Positions 8,400 to 18,548 of a stretch of DNA of 64,000 nucleotides are shown piece by piece. A model generated the notes under the pieces. That model was not told the origin of the DNA. It was given only the letters and a program-made list of their open reading frames with translations, and made no database searches. The DNA is from an uncultured Acidobacteriaceae bacterium (GTDB taxonomy: Bacteria > Acidobacteriota > Terriglobia > Terriglobales > Acidobacteriaceae). The stretch is taken from positions 14,796-78,795 of the forward strand of contig CAWKFD010000030.1 in the NCBI GenBank assembly GCA_963848805.1. Direction: 5' to 3'. Position 1 is the stretch's first letter, and every line of letters starts with the position of its first letter. The position numbers were made by a program, and so were the translations under genes.

Positions 8400-10939
8400 C
8401 TAATACCTTGTTGAGTAGACCAGTGCAGAGTAGATGGTGACGCCGATGGTGGATTGAATTGCGGACTCGAGGGTCCGGTTCACTAAATTCCTGGCCACAG
8501 AATCGGGCACGTAGAGGATGTCGCGATCCTCGACGGGACTGATCGGGGTCCTGTCCGTGCAACATGCGTTTGAGATTGAGGGCGATCATGGTACGGCCGC
8601 CCTTCTGTCCGCGAATCAGCACTGCCCTGCCGGCCGCAGCGTTTTGCGACGGTCCCCAAGCCAGCGAGAGCGCCTGCACTGCAGTGAGGCCCTGCACCGG
8701 ATCGACAGCAAAACCCCCAGGGCGGATCACATCGCCGACCACGTAGACGAGGCCGGCACGGCTCACCTGAACGGTGTCGCCGGGGCTGAGCTCGGGATTG
8801 TGATCGGCTGTGGTGTCGGTTCCACTGGGGTCGAGCACGACCGGGTGAGCCGTCTTGGGATCGGCCTGATGAAACACGTTGACCAGGCGGCCTGCATTGG
8901 GCGAAAGACCCGAGGCAGCGGAGATGAGGTCGAGCAGCCGATGATGGTAGGTGTAGGGATAGACACCGGGACGTGTCACTTCGCCCAGAACGCTCACATC
9001 CTGGCCGGCGTAGCCGGTGACCAGCACCGAGACCAGCGGATGCAGAAGCATGCCCTTGGCAAGCAGAGCGGCCTCAATGGCGCGTGCGGCGGATTGCTCG
9101 TCCATTGCGGAGACATTGACTTCGCCGATCATGGGCAGGATGACGGCGCCGGCGGCGGAGACGCGCACGGCTGAGTGAAAATCCGGGGTGTGATATTCGC
9201 TGACGTCGAGAAAGTCGCCGGGACCGATGGGCGCGGGCATGGGCGAGGAGGATTGTGCGACTGGCGGCACGCCGGCAGTTCCTGGGGCGCCCGGGCTGTT
9301 CCAGACCGCCGGCGCTTCCCTGGGGTTAGGCAGACTCCTGGTCTGCGGTCGTCTGCGGAAAACTGGCGACACCCGTCGGCAGGCCCGAGGTGCTGGGCGT
9401 GGGCGCCTGCGCATGGATTGAAGCGCCCGCCGCGAGCAACGCGAACAGCGCCGCCGTGGCTACGGGACGGCTGAGCGATTCGCGTAAAAGCGCGGCCCCA
9501 GCCGCAAGCCAGAGTCCCACAAAGAAGGTGATGGCAAGATAGAGCGGCAGATCGGGCGCAACGGGCTTGACCGGCTGGCGGGCATAGTCCACGACCGAGA
9601 TGTTCGAGCCATGAACGCCAGCGGCCAAACCGGCTTCCTCGGCCTTTTCGAGCACGCGCATGTACACATCGTGGCTGGCGTTGGCCTCCTGGCGCATGAC
9701 GGCATATTCGGTTGCGGCCTGGTTCAGCTTCATGCCTTCGCCGGTCGACTTGTTCCAGGCTCTTGCGGACCAATTGCTCGCGATCGAGGGCGGTTTGCCA
9801 GTTGCTGCGGAAGCGCTCGACAAGTTTGGCGTCCTCGGCCTGTTTCTGTCGGTCGAGATCCTGCAACTGGCGGCCGATCTCGACGACGCGGGGAAAGCTG
9901 GGGCCGTGCTCGGCGCTGAGCTGGGCCTGTTCCTGTTCGAGATCGCTGCGGCGGGCGTGAATCTGCTGTAAGAGCGCAGTGGCAAAGTTGCCGCCCTCGG
10001 CTTCGAGGCGGGGATCGGAGGCGACGACCATCTCCGGGTCGCCCTGGGAGGCGGCGCGATACTCGGCCTCGCTCAGAATACGGTCGGTGGTTGCGGTCAC
10101 GAGCTGGCGGCTGAGTTCATCGAGTCTCGAGCAGCGCCGAGCTGTGCTCGGTTTCGCCCGGCTGGCCGTTGGCCAGAATCTCTGGCGTGCTCACGAGGCC
10201 GTGATGACTCTCGAAGTCGGCGAGGCGCTGCTGGTCGCGGTCGACGCGAGTCTTCAGGTCGCCAAGTTGGGCGCCGAGCCAGCCGGATGCCTGCGCCGTG
10301 GCCTGAATCTGGGATTCGCTCTCCTGGTCGCTGTAGGCGCGGATGAGCGCGTTGACCACGGAGGCCGACAGGGCGGCGTCGCGGCGAGCGAAATCGGATC
10401 TCAACCAGTAAGGTGCGCGGAATAGTCTGCACGTTGAGCCGCCTTGAGAATCTTTCGAGAAGCCATGCCTGAGCGTCGGGCGAGGGCACGTCGGGACGGA
10501 AGCCCGGGAAGCGGCTGTCAAAGCTCCCGCGGAAACCGGGCGCCTGGTAGAGCTTGAGCCCGGTGATCACGCGCCATGCTAGCTGGTCGCTGCGCAGAAC
10601 GCTGGCCAATGTTTCCAGCGCCATAGGCGCGGAGAGAATGGAGGCCGAGGCCAGAGATTCCTGCGGCTCGAGACTGAGCGAGGAGACCGGCGCTGTGCGC
10701 AGTTCGACACGGGCGGCCGCTTCGTACTGATTGGGCGCTATGAGGCAAAAGAGGAGGCACGCCACCAGCAGGGCGCCTTCGATCACCGCGATGAGGCGGC
10801 GTTGGCGCCAAAGAAGCTGCCAGAGGCCGCGGAGGGATGTGGTGGCAGATTGGCCGGGCTCAGTTGCGGGGTGCGGCACGTAGCCGTTCGGCGATGCTTC
10901 CTCGACAGACAGTAATTCCGGCAAGAGCAGGACCCTCAC
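8400..10939 (-). CDS. Polysaccharide co-polymerase (Wzz/GumC-like) fused to an OPX/Wza-like export domain (Poly_export + SLBB); five +1 frameshifts
   Basis: Reconstructed across ORFs 10097..10939, 10117..10521, 9129..10100, 9326..9985, 7144..9414 and a last frame ending TAG at 8400-8402. Frames step by one base each time, and 2540-5=2535 nt = 845 codons. PCP features: TM1, YEAAARVEL, coiled coils, HGPSFPRV, VVDYARQPVKPVAP, TM2. OPX features: IGPGDFLDV, G.VILPMIG, VSVLGEVTRPGVY, VYVVGDVIRPGG. Confidence 0.75.
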
Positions 10940-11165
10940 TCATCAACAAAACTTACGCAGAGTTAAGTTCTTGCCCGTTCCTGCCGGTTTTACGGCGTGA
11001 AGCGAGATGGCGAGCCGCAGTGCGCCGCGGCAAGCACCCGTCATGAGCCTCTCCTTCGCCCCCCCAAGCAGGGGGCAAAAGCGATGGCCCTGGCGTTCAG
11101 AACGAAAAGCTATTCCAGGGAAAATCCCTGCCAGTTTCGTACATTAAAGGCAATTCGTCAATACC

Positions 11166-11202
11166 TGGCGTCACACTTGTTGTTACACTTTGGCGTCACA
11201 CT
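11166..11202. promoter_or_regulatory. Three tandem 12-bp direct repeats upstream of the polysaccharide export gene
   Basis: TGGCGTCACACT / TGTTGTTACACT / TGGCGTCACACT, directly upstream (minus strand) of a TTGACG hexamer at 11156-11161. Confidence 0.5.
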
Positions 11203-11236
11203 CTTGCGCGCCGGCTGAAGGGAGTAGCTTTGGCCG

Positions 11237-11299
11237 CAGGGCACGAGTAAGCTCGCGCCCTGTTACAAAGCACTCCATGGTTGAGTTTTCCGCAGCCTG
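11237..11299 (-). repeat. REP-like palindromic element, family C (GGGCACG hairpin)
   Basis: Hairpin CAGGGCACGAG-TAAG-CTCGCGCCCTG; a related copy lies at 50888..50950. Confidence 0.55.
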
Positions 11300-11331
11300 T
11301 AAGGCTGTGGCCTTTCAAGGCACCGGCTTAA

Positions 11332-12301
11332 TCAGAGTTTCCCTAGGTCTTCTATTGAAGCCTTATACCATTTGACGGTGCGGCTGAGCCCCTCGCGGAA
11401 ATCGACCCGAGGCTCATAGCCAAGCAGTTTCCGGGCCAGGCAAATGTCGGCCAGGGAGTGGCGGATATCGCCGGCGCGCGGCTCCGCATAGGCCGGCTTG
11501 CCGCGATAGCCAGTCAGGCCGCAGAGAATTTCAAAGGTTTGGTTGAGCGTGATCGCGGCCCCGGTGGCCAGGTTCATGCTCGTGCCGGAGACCTTTTCCG
11601 CCGGGGCGGCGGCGGCCAGCAGGTTCGCTTCGACCACGTTGTCGATATAGGTAAAGTCGCGGCTTTGCTCGCCGTCGCCATAGATGGTAGGCTGTTCGCC
11701 GGCCAGCATCTTGCGGCAAAAGATAGCCAGTACGCCCGAGTAGTGAGAAGTCGGGTCCTGGTGCGGGCCAAAGACGTTGAAGTAGCGGAGGGTGACGGTC
11801 TCGAAGCCCATAGACGCGCATGAAGGCGCGCAGGTAGTGCTCACCGGCCAACTTGGCCACGGCATAGGGAGTGATGGGTAGGGGGAGCATCTCCTCGTGC
11901 TTGGGCAGCGTGGGCGTGTCACCATAGATCGACGAAGACCCGGCGTAGACCACGCGGCGCACACCGGCGTCGCGGGCGGCCACGAGCAGGTTGAGCGTTG
12001 CGTCCACGCAGTTGCGATTGGTGGCTGCGGGATCGGCTACCGAGCGCGGAACCGAGGCCAATGCCGCCTCGTGAAAAACAACCTCAACGCCCGCGCAGAC
12101 CCTGGCGCAGACCGCCGGATCGGCCAGGTCGCCCTCGACGAACTCCATCGCCTCGAGGCCAACGAGGTTGGCAGGCTTGCCGGTAATGAAGCTGTCGACG
12201 CCCCGGATCGTGCCCCGCACCGTGCCGCCTCGATTGAGCAGGGCCGCGGCAATGGAGCGGCCAATAAAGCCGGCGGCTCCCGTGACAAGATATTTGGGCA
12301 A
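11332..12301 (-). CDS. NAD-dependent epimerase/dehydratase (UDP-hexose/HexNAc 4-epimerase, extended SDR), one +1 frameshift near 11805
   Basis: LVTGAAGFIG, HEAALASVPRS, YAGSSSIYG, YAVAK (YxxxK) in ORF 11531..12301; LRYFNVFGPHQD and GDGEQSRDFTYIDNVV in ORF 11332..11964. Confidence 0.9.
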
Positions 12302-12451
12302 GATCGTACTCCGAGAAAAGAAGGCTACGCCAATTGACCGCTGGCCCGCACTGGCTAGGATACTATCGTAAACAGATTTTTACCCAATCCGGGTTAGTGG
12401 CTCCAATGTGCATTGTGGTTTGTCACCATTTTGAATGCGGAGGGAAAGACA

Positions 12452-13450
12452 ATGTTTCTTCCCGAGACGTATCCGGCTGCGCTGTGTCTCATGATCCTGA
12501 CCATGCTGTGTTGGGGTTCCTGGGCTAACACTCTCAAGCTGTGCCCCGGCTACCGCTTTCAGCTTTTCTATTGGGATTACGCCATTGGCATGGCGGTGGG
12601 CGCAATTTTCTGGGGACTGACGGCGGGCAGCCTGGGCCACGCGGGGCTGCCGTTGGTGAGCGATGTGGCACACATGGGACTGGGGCCGATTCTCGATGCG
12701 GTTTGCGGGGGCATAATTTTCAATGTGGCCAACCTTCTGCTCGTCGCAGCGATCGATGTGGCCGGCCTCGCGGTGGCCTTCCCGGTGGGGATTGGTCTGG
12801 CTCTCGTAATTGGCGCGATTTCCAACTACGTGATCACCCCGGCCGCCAATCCCTTCCTGCTGTTTGGCGGAGTGGCGCTGGTGGTGGTGGCCATCGTTCT
12901 CGATGCGGCGGCGTATCGCAAACGCGAAGCCACAGCCAAAGCTACGACGGCGCGAGGAATTGCGCTCAGCCTCGCTTGCGGTGTGCTAATGGGCTGCTTT
13001 TATCCCTTTGTGGCGCAGGCGCTGCGGGGGACGCCGGGCACCCCCGCGCCCGGCCCTTACGCGGTTTCACTCTTCTTCGCACTGGGATTGCTGATCTCCA
13101 CAGTTCCGGCAAACCTGTTGCTGATGAGAAAACCGCTGGACGGAAAGCCCCGCGTCGACGGCGGCGACTACTGGCGCGCACCGCTGGGCTGGCATCTGGC
13201 GGGAACACTGGGCGGCGTGATTTGGTCGACGGGCGGCGTGGCGAATTTTGCGGCCTCGGGAGCACATCTGGTGGGGCCGGCCGTTTCTTATAGCATTGGT
13301 CAGGGCGCCACCATGGTTTCGGCCTGCTGGGGCGTGTTTGTATGGCATGAGTTCGCCGGCGCTCCGCGCGCGGCCAGGCTGCTGCTGGTGCTGATGTTTT
13401 TGTTTTTTCTGGTGGGGTTGGGATCGATTGCGATTGCGCCGTTGCACTGA
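12452..13450 (+). CDS. GRP/ureide-permease-like DMT-superfamily transporter
   Basis: MLCWGSWANT, FQLFYWDY, NVANLLLVAAID, VSYSIGQGATMV, WGVFVWHEF; about 10 TM helices. Confidence 0.78.
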   Translation: MFLPETYPAALCLMILTMLCWGSWANTLKLCPGYRFQLFYWDYAIGMAVGAIFWGLTAGSLGHAGLPLVSDVAHMGLGPILDAVCGGIIFNVANLLLVAAIDVAGLAVAFPVGIGLALVIGAISNYVITPAANPFLLFGGVALVVVAIVLDAAAYRKREATAKATTARGIALSLACGVLMGCFYPFVAQALRGTPGTPAPGPYAVSLFFALGLLISTVPANLLLMRKPLDGKPRVDGGDYWRAPLGWHLAGTLGGVIWSTGGVANFAASGAHLVGPAVSYSIGQGATMVSACWGVFVWHEFAGAPRAARLLLVLMFLFFLVGLGSIAIAPLH

Positions 13451-13578
13451 GGTTCCGGACAGGCGAATGCAGCGAGAATCAAGGGACGAGCCAAACGTCC
13501 CTCAGGCTGGCGCGAAATTCTTTATGGCGAAGCACAGGGACAGGACACTTTTACCGTGACCGTGTAGATTTATGCTTT

Positions 13579-13626
13579 CCCGGGTCTCAAAATCGAGAAC
13601 TCCACCCCACGGAACTGGGGCACCCC
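13579..13626 (+). repeat. REP-like element, family B (GTCTCAAAATCGAGAC...GGCACCC), interrupted by a family-A-like fragment
   Basis: CCCGGGTCTCAAAATCGAGA-ACTCCACCCCACGGAAC-TGGGGCACCCC; compare 35084..35115 and 21175..21209. Confidence 0.6.
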
Positions 13627-13672
13627 AAGTCGTGGGAAGGTTAGGAAGTCACCGGGTCACTGGGGGCAGCCT

Positions 13673-14797
13673 TTACGCTACCAGCGCCATCTCGCGGATG
13701 GTTTCCTTGCGCACCGTCAACCGCTCGATAAGATCTGTTCGAACCTCATAGCCGCGGCCGAGCGTGTCGGGAATCGCGATGTCGCCTTGCGGTGAGACAG
13801 TAACCTCGGGCTCGATAATGTCGTCGGCCCAGTAACGCGCCGATGCCGAAACATCGCCGGGCAGGCTAAAGTTTTCGAGGGTGGAGAGCGCGATGTTGTG
13901 CGCTCGGCCGACGCCGGACTCAAGCATGCCGCCGCACCAGACGGGAATTCCGCGCTCCAGCGTGGCGTTGTGCACGGCGATGGCCTCGGAAAAGCCGCCC
14001 ACGCGCCCCAGTTTGATGTTAATGATCCTGCACGACTCCATCTCGATTGCCGCCAGCGCATCGCGGCGGTTGTGGATGGATTCATCGAGGCAGATGGGCG
14101 TTTCCAGGCGTCGCTGCAGCACAGAGTGGAAGTAGAAGTCGTCGTGCCACAGGGGCTGCTCGATCATGAGCAGGTCGAAGGCGTCAAACGATACCAGATG
14201 GGCTTCATCGCGCATGCGATAGGCCGAGTTGGCGTCGCAACTGAGCATGATGCCGGGCCAGCGGTGGCGAACCCGCTCGAAAACTTCCACATCCCAGCCG
14301 GGCTTGCACTTGAGCTTGATGCGCCTGTAGCCGGCGGCCAACTCGCGCTCAACGACGGAAAGCAACTCTGGAATCGAGGACTGGATGCCGATGGAGGCAC
14401 CGCAAGGAATGCTGTCGCGAACGCCGCCGAGCAAACGGGAAAGGGAGATGCCTTCGCGCTGCGCCTCAAGATCCCAGATGGCATTTTCGAGAGCAGCTTT
14501 TGCCATGTGATTACCGCGCACCTGGCGGAAAATGCGCGGACAATCTCCACCATGCTCAGGGAACTCCGCGGCCAGCATCGGGCCTAACTCGCGGACGAGA
14601 ACCTGCCAAGCGGTATCGGTCGATTCGCCGGAAAAAACCGGGCGCTCGCCTGCAGTGCATTCTCCCCAGCCGGTGAGCCCTTCGGAGCGAATTTCGGCCA
14701 GCAGAATTCTCCGGTTGAGGGTGACGCCGAAGCTGGTTTCAAACGGCCGCACCAGCGGCATGTGCAGTTCACGCAGAATGACAGCGTCAATTCTCAT
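13673..14797 (-). CDS. menC: o-succinylbenzoate synthase / N-succinylamino acid racemase (enolase superfamily)
   Basis: PFETSFG, GWGEC, KLK (RIKLKCKPG), DAN, EQP, LDES, NIKLGRVGG, WCGGMLESGVG: the NSAR/OSBS subfamily pattern. Confidence 0.85.
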   Translation of the reverse strand: MRIDAVILRELHMPLVRPFETSFGVTLNRRILLAEIRSEGLTGWGECTAGERPVFSGESTDTAWQVLVRELGPMLAAEFPEHGGDCPRIFRQVRGNHMAKAALENAIWDLEAQREGISLSRLLGGVRDSIPCGASIGIQSSIPELLSVVERELAAGYRRIKLKCKPGWDVEVFERVRHRWPGIMLSCDANSAYRMRDEAHLVSFDAFDLLMIEQPLWHDDFYFHSVLQRRLETPICLDESIHNRRDALAAIEMESCRIINIKLGRVGGFSEAIAVHNATLERGIPVWCGGMLESGVGRAHNIALSTLENFSLPGDVSASARYWADDIIEPEVTVSPQGDIAIPDTLGRGYEVRTDLIERLTVRKETIREMALVA

Positions 14798-15671
14798 CTA
14801 TTCCTCGTCTCATATTTTCGGCCTCTGAGTGAGACTCCTTATGGGTAGGGAAACCCAGTTCGAAGACTCCATTTCCTTCCGCATCCCGCGAAAAGCCAAG
14901 TACGGCCAATCCCCTGGAGAATGCCTGTTGAAACCTCTGTCGATTCTCCAACTGAACGGCGAGCGCGCGTTCCCGGTCTGTTGGGTTGGCTTTCCACTGC
15001 TCAATGGAAGCGGGGACCAGAATCCGCTCCTCTATCGCGTGCCTGGCAATCGTGCGGCACTCAAAACTGGCCTTTACCCTTGGGGAATCCAGCTCCCACT
15101 CCGCCAAAAGCCGGTCGGTCGGGAGCCCACCTTGCAGTCGAGATGAGGATACACCATAGAAATCCACAAGATATGCAGAAGAGATGGCTCCCAACCTGTG
15201 GATATTCAGAAACGCGTTCTTGATCTGCAAAGGGTCGAAGGTCCACTCGATGTGTCGAATGCCGCGGGAAAGCGCCTCACGCCGTTGTTCCCACTTGAGT
15301 TGCGCGCCAAGACCGCGATTGCAGTGGGAAGGGCGGACAGCCAGCATGTGGGAATGGAGGTAAGGGCGTGGACCGTTTTCGCTTTTCTTGATTCCGGGCA
15401 AAGACATGGCGAAACCGGCGAGAAATTCCCCTCCTCGCTCGCACTCTTTGCCGTCCGCTGCGCTCGGCGCGGCCGCTTGGTTCTTGCCTTTCTCCGCTGC
15501 TCCCTCGCTCCCTGTCTCGAAAGCGCCGATCACCTGGCCGCCGATTTTTTGCGCGAGCAAGAAGGCTTTGCGAGGGATGACATCCTTTTCGTCGTAGCCC
15601 CAGGTCTCGATCTGGAGCTCGACGCAGGCCTCCATCTCGCCGAATCCCGCACACGCGCGAATCTGGATCAT
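14787..15671 (-). CDS. GNAT-family acyltransferase (putative amino-acid N-succinyltransferase)
   Basis: GGQVIGAF, YLHSHMLAV, RGLGAQLKWEQR, IEWTFDPLQIKNAFLN, TDRLLAEW; overlaps the OSBS/NSAR gene. Confidence 0.8.
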   Translation of the reverse strand: MIQIRACAGFGEMEACVELQIETWGYDEKDVIPRKAFLLAQKIGGQVIGAFETGSEGAAEKGKNQAAAPSAADGKECERGGEFLAGFAMSLPGIKKSENGPRPYLHSHMLAVRPSHCNRGLGAQLKWEQRREALSRGIRHIEWTFDPLQIKNAFLNIHRLGAISSAYLVDFYGVSSSRLQGGLPTDRLLAEWELDSPRVKASFECRTIARHAIEERILVPASIEQWKANPTDRERALAVQLENRQRFQQAFSRGLAVLGFSRDAEGNGVFELGFPTHKESHSEAENMRRGIDEN

Positions 15672-16657
15672 GGCTGCGCCTGCGATGCGTGATTGGAGGG
15701 CGAATCGAGGGCGGCTGCTTCATGGTTTGCGAGTGTCTTCTTGGCCTGCGCCCAAAGCGCTTCCAGTTCATCGGGAGAAAGGTCTTCGAGCGGCCGCGGG
15801 GTGGTTCGCTCCATTTCAATAAAGCGGCGGCGGAAGCGCACATTGCATTTGCGCAAGGCCATCTCCGCGTCGACGCCCAGATGACGGCCGAGGTTGACGA
15901 CGGTAAACAACAGATCGCCCAGCTCCGCCTCGACGGCCGGCTTGCGCGCGGGGTCAGTTGAAGAGGCTTCAGCTTCCAGTTCCGCGGTCTCCTCAGCCAG
16001 CTTTGGCAATAGCTCACGCCAGCTGGGCCAGTCGAAGCCAGATTTTTTCGCCTTGGCGCCGAGCTTGGCTGCTTCAGCCAGCGCAGGCATCGCGCGGTGC
16101 ACGCTGTCGAGCCGCGAAGCTGGTTGATTCCCTTCCCTGATTCCTTGAGAATCCGCAGCGGATGTAGCGGACGCATGTTTTTCGGAGGCTTTGATTTGTT
16201 CCCAGTTGCGCAGCACTGCCGCAGCCGAGCCCTCGACTTCGGGATTCACATCCGCCCTGTTTCCGGCTGCGCGCGATGCCTCGTCGCCAAAGACGTGAGG
16301 ATGGCGGCGCACCAGCTTTCGGTTCAGGTGGCCGAGCACATCGGCAATAGTGAAATGGCCCTCGTTGGCCGCCATCTCCGCGTAGAAGAGAACTTGCAGG
16401 AGCAGGTCGCCGAGCTCTTCCGACAAGTGGGAAAAGTCGCTGCGCTCGATGGCGTCGAAGACCTCGTAGACTTCTTCCAGCGTGTATTTGCGGATGGAAT
16501 CGAAGGATTGCTCGCGGTCCCAGGGGCAGCCGCCAGGAGCGCGGAGGCGGGCCATGATGGCCACGGACTGCTCAAACAGCGCTGCCGCCCGCGCCGGATC
16601 GGTGATGGTTTGCGGCGTGGGATCTTTCGCACTGGAGCCAGCTCGAGGAAGATCCAT
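15668..16657 (-). CDS. mazG: Nucleoside triphosphate pyrophosphohydrolase MazG
   Basis: LRAPGGCPWDREQ, EEVYEV, EELGDLLLQV, RRHPHVFG and a second ELGDLLF domain. Confidence 0.93.
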   Translation of the reverse strand: MDLPRAGSSAKDPTPQTITDPARAAALFEQSVAIMARLRAPGGCPWDREQSFDSIRKYTLEEVYEVFDAIERSDFSHLSEELGDLLLQVLFYAEMAANEGHFTIADVLGHLNRKLVRRHPHVFGDEASRAAGNRADVNPEVEGSAAAVLRNWEQIKASEKHASATSAADSQGIREGNQPASRLDSVHRAMPALAEAAKLGAKAKKSGFDWPSWRELLPKLAEETAELEAEASSTDPARKPAVEAELGDLLFTVVNLGRHLGVDAEMALRKCNVRFRRRFIEMERTTPRPLEDLSPDELEALWAQAKKTLANHEAAALDSPSNHASQAQP

Positions 16658-16707
16658 GCACCTTCAGTTTAACCTGCCGAGAACGGCGGCGCCGACGCAC
16701 AGGGCTG

Positions 16708-17670
16708 ATGGAAACCGGCGTCAAAACCGCATCATGGGATTCAGTGCCGATGGCGTATACTCACTCTGCAATGATCCGCACCTACCTAACTGCATCGGCA
16801 GGGCTTATCGGGCTGCTGTTTGGCAGCTTTTTGAATGTTTGCGCCACGCGCTGGCCGGAGGACGAGAGTGTAATCAAGCCGCGTTCCCACTGCCGGAGCT
16901 GCAATCGGATGCTGGCTTGGTGGGAAAACCTGCCGCTGGTGAGCTGGCTGGCGTTACGGGGACGCTGCCGGAGCTGCAGAGCATGGATTGGGTGGCGGTA
17001 TCCGTTGGTGGAACTGGCCGTCGGAGTCCTTTGGGCGTTCGTCGCGTGGCAATTCTTCAACGCGCACCCTGTACCGGACTTGTCTGACTTTCACTATTCG
17101 CTTGGCTTGGCGGATAGCGTCGCGCTGATGATTTTTCTGTGGCTGCTCGTGGCCCTGGCGGTTTTCGATGTCGAGAATCTTTGGCTGCCCGATCGGCTGA
17201 TCTGGCCTGGCATCGGCCTGGGTTTCGTTGTGGCTGTAACAAGAGCCACTCTGGATGCGTTTTTGAATCTAGGTCGTGGTTTTGAAGTCTTGAAACACAT
17301 GGTCGCATCGGGAATCGTCATTTACTGGTTTCCCAGCGCCGTGTTCTCCGCGGCAGTCCTCGTGGTCATCCGCTGGTTTTACCACATAATCCGCGATCAG
17401 GAGGGAATCGGCTGGGGCGATGTAAAGCTGATGGCAATGTTGGGCGGATGGATTGGCGTCAAGGGCGCACTACTATCTTTCGCATTGGGTGTGGTGGCGG
17501 GCGCAGCGTTTGCACTGTTTCTGCTTGCGTCGCCGTCAGTGCGCCACAGTAAAAAGGGTTGGAAGGCAAAGAAGCTGCCCTTGGGGACGTTCATTTGCCT
17601 GGGCGGCATTGTAAGTGGTCTGTGGGGTCAGACCATCATCGCTAACTATATGAATTGGGCGGGGTTCTGA
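16708..17670 (+). CDS. pilD: Prepilin peptidase (A24) with N-terminal Cys domain
   Basis: GSFLNVC, PRSHCRSC, NLPLVSWLALRGRCRSC, YPLVEL, D..LWLPD, GWGDVKL, PLGTF. Start may be 16750 or 16771. Confidence 0.88.
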   Translation: METGVKTASWDSVPMAYTHSAMIRTYLTASAGLIGLLFGSFLNVCATRWPEDESVIKPRSHCRSCNRMLAWWENLPLVSWLALRGRCRSCRAWIGWRYPLVELAVGVLWAFVAWQFFNAHPVPDLSDFHYSLGLADSVALMIFLWLLVALAVFDVENLWLPDRLIWPGIGLGFVVAVTRATLDAFLNLGRGFEVLKHMVASGIVIYWFPSAVFSAAVLVVIRWFYHIIRDQEGIGWGDVKLMAMLGGWIGVKGALLSFALGVVAGAAFALFLLASPSVRHSKKGWKAKKLPLGTFICLGGIVSGLWGQTIIANYMNWAGF

Positions 17671-17753
17671 AGCAGTTGCTCTGCCCATGCATCGAAGGCC
17701 CGCGCGGTTTCCGGATTCTCCCCAAGAAGGCCAAAGAGTCGAGTCAGGGTGGT

Positions 17754-18548
17754 CTATTGCGTGGCTGGAGCGGCAGTCTGCGCAGAGGGAGACGCCTTCG
17801 CATTGGCGATCTCCGGCTCCTTCAAGGCTTTGCGGGCCTCCTTGGCGTGATGGCTGTCCGGGTCGTACTGCGTCACCTTCAGGTAATTCGCACGGGCACT
17901 GGCAAAGTCACCCAGGTGTCGCTGGCTCTCGGCCAGCCCCCAATACACATCGGGATTGTCGGGATCGAGAACGAGTGCGGATTCAAACCGAGAGAGCGCG
18001 GCCTTCCAATTCTTGTTGTCGAGGTAGTAGCTGCCGACGTTTTCATCTTCTGAGGCGGTCTCATGGTGCTCGGGCGCAATCTGTGCCCCTTTTCTGTTTC
18101 GTTTTCCCGGCTGCGTGTCGTCGTCGGGGCTCGGGAGCAGGCTGCCCATTCCGGCAAGGCTGGAACTGAAGCTATGCTCTTGCTCCTCCGCGGCCAGGCC
18201 TGCATCTTCCGGACTGCGGACGGGATCGAGATCTTCAGAAGGCATGGGCAGACGGATGCCAGCTTCCTCGTTCTCTCCTGGCGGCAGATTGGGCGCCTTC
18301 TCTGGCGAAATTACAGGTACCGTGCTTTCATCCTCAGGGAACGGATTCGCGTTGGTCTGCTTCGGGACGCTGGGAGATTGCTGGCCGGTTGCAGGCGGAT
18401 TCTGGCCGGCGCCGGGGCCGTTGCCGGCCGGCGGAGCCTGCGCATGGACACGCGGAGCCGCCACCAGAAGGCAAGCCACAACCACCGCTGCTCCGAGTAC
18501 GGGCTTCATCGCCAACTCCCTCGGCCGCGAAAGACAGATCGGACGCAA
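17754..18548 (-). CDS. Secreted tetratricopeptide-repeat protein
   Basis: Signal peptide (LGAAVVVACLLVAAPRVHA-Q), Pro-rich linker, C-terminal TPRs (VGSYYLDNKNWKAALSRF; VYWGLAESQRHLGD). Confidence 0.75.
   Translation of the reverse strand: MRPICLSRPRELAMKPVLGAAVVVACLLVAAPRVHAQAPPAGNGPGAGQNPPATGQQSPSVPKQTNANPFPEDESTVPVISPEKAPNLPPGENEEAGIRLPMPSEDLDPVRSPEDAGLAAEEQEHSFSSSLAGMGSLLPSPDDDTQPGKRNRKGAQIAPEHHETASEDENVGSYYLDNKNWKAALSRFESALVLDPDNPDVYWGLAESQRHLGDFASARANYLKVTQYDPDSHHAKEARKALKEPEIANAKASPSAQTAAPATQ

Noticed and set aside
7144-9414. 756-aa ORF suggesting an OPX-Wzy fusion
   Set aside because: A +1 error near 8547 diverts the OPX frame. The corrected OPX ends ...YSALVYSTRY-TAG at 8400, and wzy has its own ATG at 8388.
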